Assembly: GCA_965208105.1 (NCBI GenBank)
Contig: OZ242318.1
Location: 2,496,001 to 2,560,000 of the forward strand
Reading direction: 5' to 3'
DNA from: Candidatus Latescibacterota bacterium
GTDB taxonomy: Bacteria; Latescibacterota; UBA2968; UBA8231
Length of the DNA stretch: 64,000 bases
Under the pieces are notes generated by a model. The model searched no databases. It was not told the origin of the DNA and was given only the letters and a program-made list of their open reading frames with translations. Of this stretch, positions 60,087 to 64,000 are shown piece after piece. How positions within the stretch are numbered: position 1 is the stretch's first letter; the number at the start of each line of letters is the position of its first letter. The position numbers and the translations under genes are program-made.

Positions 60087-63000
60087 TCACGAGCGCAGCA
60101 GGATCAGTTTGTCCCACTCGGTCACGGTGTTGAACTCCTCCTTCATGATAGGGGCGAAGGGGCTCCGGCTCGCGGGCTCCCCGTTGATGCGCTCCATCTC
60201 GATTCTGGACAGAGGATCGACCCTCCGGCCCAGCAGATGCCGGAACAGGTCCAGCCCCTGGCGCAGGCGGGAATCTTCGGGCCCGACCCCGATGACGCTG
60301 ACGGCGCCATTGCGCTCGGAAGAAAGCAACAGCTCCGCTCCGCAGAACACGAGGTGGGAGCTGGAGCGCCTGGGAGGAAGCCAGCCTCTGAGCTCTTCCA
60401 GCGGCGCGCCGGCGAGCGACAGGGGGTCGGCGGCGTTCATCCAGTAGACCTGGTCGGGGCAGGAACTCCCCTGAAGGAGGTCCAGGCTGGCCGGGGCGAG
60501 GAACTGGGGACCTGGAATATCTTCGAAGAAGTAGCCCGAAATCAGCTCACCGGAAAGCTCCATCAGGCGCAGGGTGCGGAAGAGCTCGCTCCAGCGGAAG
60601 GCCTCGGCTTCCCGCTGCAGCAGCTCGCGGAAGAGGATGCCGTAGCGCCCGATCAACAGCCGCACGCGCTCCTTGTTGCGCTCCTCGCGCGCGGTGAAAT
60701 CGCTCTGCCGCGGCTGCGCCCCGGTCATGAACCAGTTCCCCGGAGCTCTTGTGGTACGCCGGCCCCGGCGCCGGACGGGGCCGGCCTCGGGCGCGCGGAA
60801 ACGGGTCTCGATCCCCTTGCGGATGGAAAAGAAACTGTCGTTGGAAAGCTCGCCGCGCCAGGCGGCCTCCCAGACGAGTTCCCGGACCCGGTCCTCTGAA
60901 AGTCCGGACTTCCGCGCCAGGGCCGCGAAGCTGTAGCGGGCGTCGCTCTCGCTCCAGAGGTCAGTCACGAAGGATTGGCAGTCCTTTCCGGGTTCTTCCC
61001 CTTCACGGGTCATCAGCTCCGCGTCCCGGTCGAGGCAGAAGGCTATGCGCTCGCGGCCGCAGCCGATCCAGTGCCAATCCTCGGTTGCCATGGCCGCATC
61101 CACCCACTGCGGGCGGTAACCGGGACACCGGGCGGGGAACAGGTCGCGCTCCCAAAGCGATGCGGGCGCGGGCAGACAGGCGAGGCGTTCGAGCAGCAAG
61201 GCGAAACCGTCTTCGTCGCCAGTGCCGCTCAACAGGCCCCCCTGGCGCGCCAGGAACCACTGCAGGTAGCGCAGGGGCAATGCTTCCGGGCTGGGCCGTC
61301 TGGCGCCGCTGCGGATGATGCGCTCGAGATTTTCGGCGTCGCACAGGTACTGCCCGCTGACGGAATCCAGGAGCTCGCCCACCACCACCTTGCGCGAGGC
61401 CTGCAGCGGCTGCAGCAGGCGCTCGAGTCCGGGCTCCGAGAAGCCCAGGGAGCGCGGGGGGAAATCGAGGGGGCGGGGCCCGTAGAATTGCAGCCACTGG
61501 TGCAGGAGCTCCGAGCCGCCATTCTCACCCACCCCGGCAGCCTGGAGGGGGAGCGGCGCGCCGGACAGATAGGCGGCCCTCGGCTCGGCGCCGGGGAAGA
61601 AAGCCGCCGCAATGCGCGCCACGTCCTCCACCGCGCATACAAGGGTCACTTCGACTGTGGCAAGGTCTACCAGACAGGCTTTCTTCCCGACCTCCCCCAG
61701 CAGGTCTTCCTCCACCAGCTGGTGGTCGCGCTCCATGCCCTCCAGCAGGCTGCGCCATTCCACCAGGGGGATCGCCACCCTTTCCTTGAGCCAGTCCAGG
61801 AGGGCCTGGCCGTTTTCAGGGGTGAAGCCCGGCGCCAGACGCTGCAGCCTGGCTTCGAAGGCGGCCACGGCCGCAGCCCCGACACGGGGGCGCAGCTGAT
61901 CCGTGAACACCACCTCCTGCAGCCAGTCCGACCCGATGCTGGAACGCACCCTGCCCTGAGGGCTGTCGTCCATGTACATGTACTGGTTCACCTGGCGCCA
62001 GGCGGAGGCGCGGACGAAGGGACTGCCGGTGGCGGTGGCAACCTCCGTGCAGCGGATCTCTCCGGATGCGATTTCGTCGAGCAGCCGATAGAGCGAGGCC
62101 ATCTCGAACTCGTCGCGGAGACAGGTGCGCCAGGCTTCCAGGAGGATGGGAAAGTCCTCGTAACCGAGCACCGCATCCATGAGCTTCCTGGACCGCAGCC
62201 GATTCATCCACAGCGGGGTGCGCTGACCGGGACGACCCCGCCCCAGCAGGAGGGCGCGGCCGGCGCATTCGCGGAAGCGGGCGCCGAAGAATCCTGAAGA
62301 TTCAATCTGGTTCCTGATGAGACGGTCCACGTTGCCGCGGTGAACCAGGTTCGTTACCTGGTGCCCTTCCACCCTCTCCGGAAGAACGAGATAGACCCCG
62401 TCGTTGGTGGGGTAGGACTCCAGGGACAGGCCGAAGCTCTCCTCCCACGCCGCCTCCAGGGCAAGGGAAAACGGACGGTTCACCCGCCCGCCCCACAGGG
62501 TGTGGAGCACCATCTGGTTTCCCGGCACCCCCTGGGGCCCGCTCTCCATGTGCTCCACCACCAGGTGATGGCGGTGGGGCAATTCCGCCCCGGAAATCCT
62601 CACCTGCGACCGCAGGTACTCCAACAGCTGGAGGGCCGCGGCGGGGGTGAGGGCGTAGTCCGTCTGCAGCTGCTGCTCGAAGGCCGGCTCCTCCAGCCGC
62701 GCCCCGGCCATCTCGAGAAACCTGCCTATCTCCTGAGCGAAGTGGAAACCGCGGTCCTGCCCATCGGCCTTCCAGAACGGCGCGGCGGCGGCATGGGGAG
62801 ATGGCGAGACGAAGACGTCGCTGGGGGTGATGCGCTCCACCCGCCAGCTCTGCGCTCCCAGGGAGAACCGCGACCCCTCGCGATTCTCCCACACGAATTC
62901 CTCGTCCAGCTCTCCCAGCCGCGCATTGGAACGGACGTGGCGCATCTGGAAGTACCCCCTGTCCGGTATGGTCCCCCCGCCGGCGTAGATCGCCTGCTCG

Positions 63001-64000
63001 GCCCCACGGTTTGAAGCGGCGGTCCCCTCCAGTCCGTCAACCGAAAGACGGGGCTTCAGCTCCCGTATTCGAGTGCGGGCGAAGCGTCCCGCCAGCATCT
63101 GCACGACGGCGTCGAATTGCCTGCGGGCGAGGTTGCGGTAGGGATGGCTGCAGCGGACCTCGGCGAAGAGCTCATCCAGGTTCCAGGTCTCCGCGCAGGC
63201 CATGGAAACGATTACCTGGGCGAGGACATCCAGAGGCGCTGCAATACTTTCGGTGGCTTCGATCTCGTGCCGCAGCACAGCCCGGCTCAGGACCGCGAGG
63301 TCCAGAAGGTCGCGCTCGTGGGTGGGCATGAAGGTACCCTCGCTCGCCACCCCTACCTGGTGTCCGGCGCGGCCCAGGCGCTGGACGGCGGAGGCCACCG
63401 TCGGAGGGGCCTGCACCAGGACCACGTGGTCTACGGCTCCAACATCGATCCCCAGCTCCAGGGAGCTGGTTGCCACGATCGCCCTCAGTTCTCCCCCCTT
63501 GAGTTTCTGTTCCACCTCGAGCCGGGTTTCGCGGGACAACGAGCCGTGATGCGCATACGCCAGCGGCGGGTTGTCCTCCCCGTTGATTCTGCTGGTGAGG
63601 AACTCGCACAGGCGGCGGCCGTTGACGAAGACGAGGGTGGACCGGTGGGCGGCGAGGGTGCGGCGCAACTCCTCCACCACGGGGGCCCAGAGGTCGACGG
63701 GGTCGGCCTCCTTCATCGAGCTGGCCTCCACCGAGATCCCGTACTTCTTGCGCCCGGCGGATCGCACTACCGACACCGGCCGGCCCCGGTATGCGGCCAT
63801 GTCTCCCCTGGTGGACAGAGCATAGCCTCCCACGAAGCCGGCGACCGCGTCGATAGGACGAATGGTGGCCGACAAGGCCACGCGCTGAAACTCTCCCGCG
63901 AGCCGCACCAGGCGCTCCACCGCCGTCATCAAGTGCACCCCGCGCTTGTTGCCCACGACGGAGTGGACCTCATCCAGCACCACACAGCGCAGCGAGGTAA
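60087..64000 (-). CDS. lhr: Lhr-family ATP-dependent helicase, 5' part outside the window
   Basis: DEVH, LSAT, AHHGSLS, ATSSLELGIDVG, QRLGRAGH, GTIPDRG. Confidence 0.92.
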   Translation of the reverse strand, partial: TSLRCVVLDEVHSVVGNKRGVHLMTAVERLVRLAGEFQRVALSATIRPIDAVAGFVGGYALSTRGDMAAYRGRPVSVVRSAGRKKYGISVEASSMKEADPVDLWAPVVEELRRTLAAHRSTLVFVNGRRLCEFLTSRINGEDNPPLAYAHHGSLSRETRLEVEQKLKGGELRAIVATSSLELGIDVGAVDHVVLVQAPPTVASAVQRLGRAGHQVGVASEGTFMPTHERDLLDLAVLSRAVLRHEIEATESIAAPLDVLAQVIVSMACAETWNLDELFAEVRCSHPYRNLARRQFDAVVQMLAGRFARTRIRELKPRLSVDGLEGTAASNRGAEQAIYAGGGTIPDRGYFQMRHVRSNARLGELDEEFVWENREGSRFSLGAQSWRVERITPSDVFVSPSPHAAAAPFWKADGQDRGFHFAQEIGRFLEMAGARLEEPAFEQQLQTDYALTPAAALQLLEYLRSQVRISGAELPHRHHLVVEHMESGPQGVPGNQMVLHTLWGGRVNRPFSLALEAAWEESFGLSLESYPTNDGVYLVLPERVEGHQVTNLVHRGNVDRLIRNQIESSGFFGARFRECAGRALLLGRGRPGQRTPLWMNRLRSRKLMDAVLGYEDFPILLEAWRTCLRDEFEMASLYRLLDEIASGEIRCTEVATATGSPFVRASAWRQVNQYMYMDDSPQGRVRSSIGSDWLQEVVFTDQLRPRVGAAAVAAFEARLQRLAPGFTPENGQALLDWLKERVAIPLVEWRSLLEGMERDHQLVEEDLLGEVGKKACLVDLATVEVTLVCAVEDVARIAAAFFPGAEPRAAYLSGAPLPLQAAGVGENGGSELLHQWLQFYGPRPLDFPPRSLGFSEPGLERLLQPLQASRKVVVGELLDSVSGQYLCDAENLERIIRSGARRPSPEALPLRYLQWFLARQGGLLSGTGDEDGFALLLERLACLPAPASLWERDLFPARCPGYRPQWVDAAMATEDWHWIGCGRERIAFCLDRDAELMTREGEEPGKDCQSFVTDLWSESDARYSFAALARKSGLSEDRVRELVWEAAWRGELSNDSFFSIRKGIETRFRAPEAGPVRRRGRRTTRAPGNWFMTGAQPRQSDFTAREERNKERVRLLIGRYGILFRELLQREAEAFRWSELFRTLRLMELSGELISGYFFEDIPGPQFLAPASLDLLQGSSCPDQVYWMNAADPLSLAGAPLEELRGWLPPRRSSSHLVFCGAELLLSSERNGAVSVIGVGPEDSRLRQGLDLFRHLLGRRVDPLSRIEMERINGEPASRSPFAPIMKEEFNTVTEWDKLILLRS

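Noticed and set aside
59313-64000. sfsA and lhr as dedicated machinery of the array
   Set aside because: Both are widespread chromosomal genes more than 4 kb from the last copy; only proximity links them.

Overview
High-GC bacterial DNA. The gene families (many PhyH dioxygenases, beta-propeller hydrolase-like proteins, DUF6785-type transporter, FlgD-tailed secreted proteins, serpin, ankyrin) suggest a Latescibacterota/Poribacteria-like organism, possibly a sponge symbiont; this is inference. About 2.6-54.7 kb is a mosaic punctuated by 12 pieces of one IS91/ISCR-type rolling-circle (HUH) element, all in the same (minus) orientation. Eleven pieces carry the 3' region, eight of them with an identical oriIS-like end (...CATTTTACCTATACTT on minus), and one carries the 5' end. 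No copy has an intact transposase, but the differently deleted pieces tile most of it. Between them lie roughly 2.5-11.5 kb blocks of unrelated cargo genes of mixed composition, many truncated or fused at the junctions. The pattern looks like a Helitron/integron-like gene-capture array. Also present: a second, different oriIS-like end, an IS630 inside xylB with a matching 94-bp MITE, a REP-containing MITE-like element, a tmpAB-like pair and a hicBA pair with a frameshifted toxin. 55.2-64 kb looks like ordinary chromosome (PhyH, DUF2330, sfsA, lhr). No rRNA, tRNA, CRISPR array or integrase was seen.
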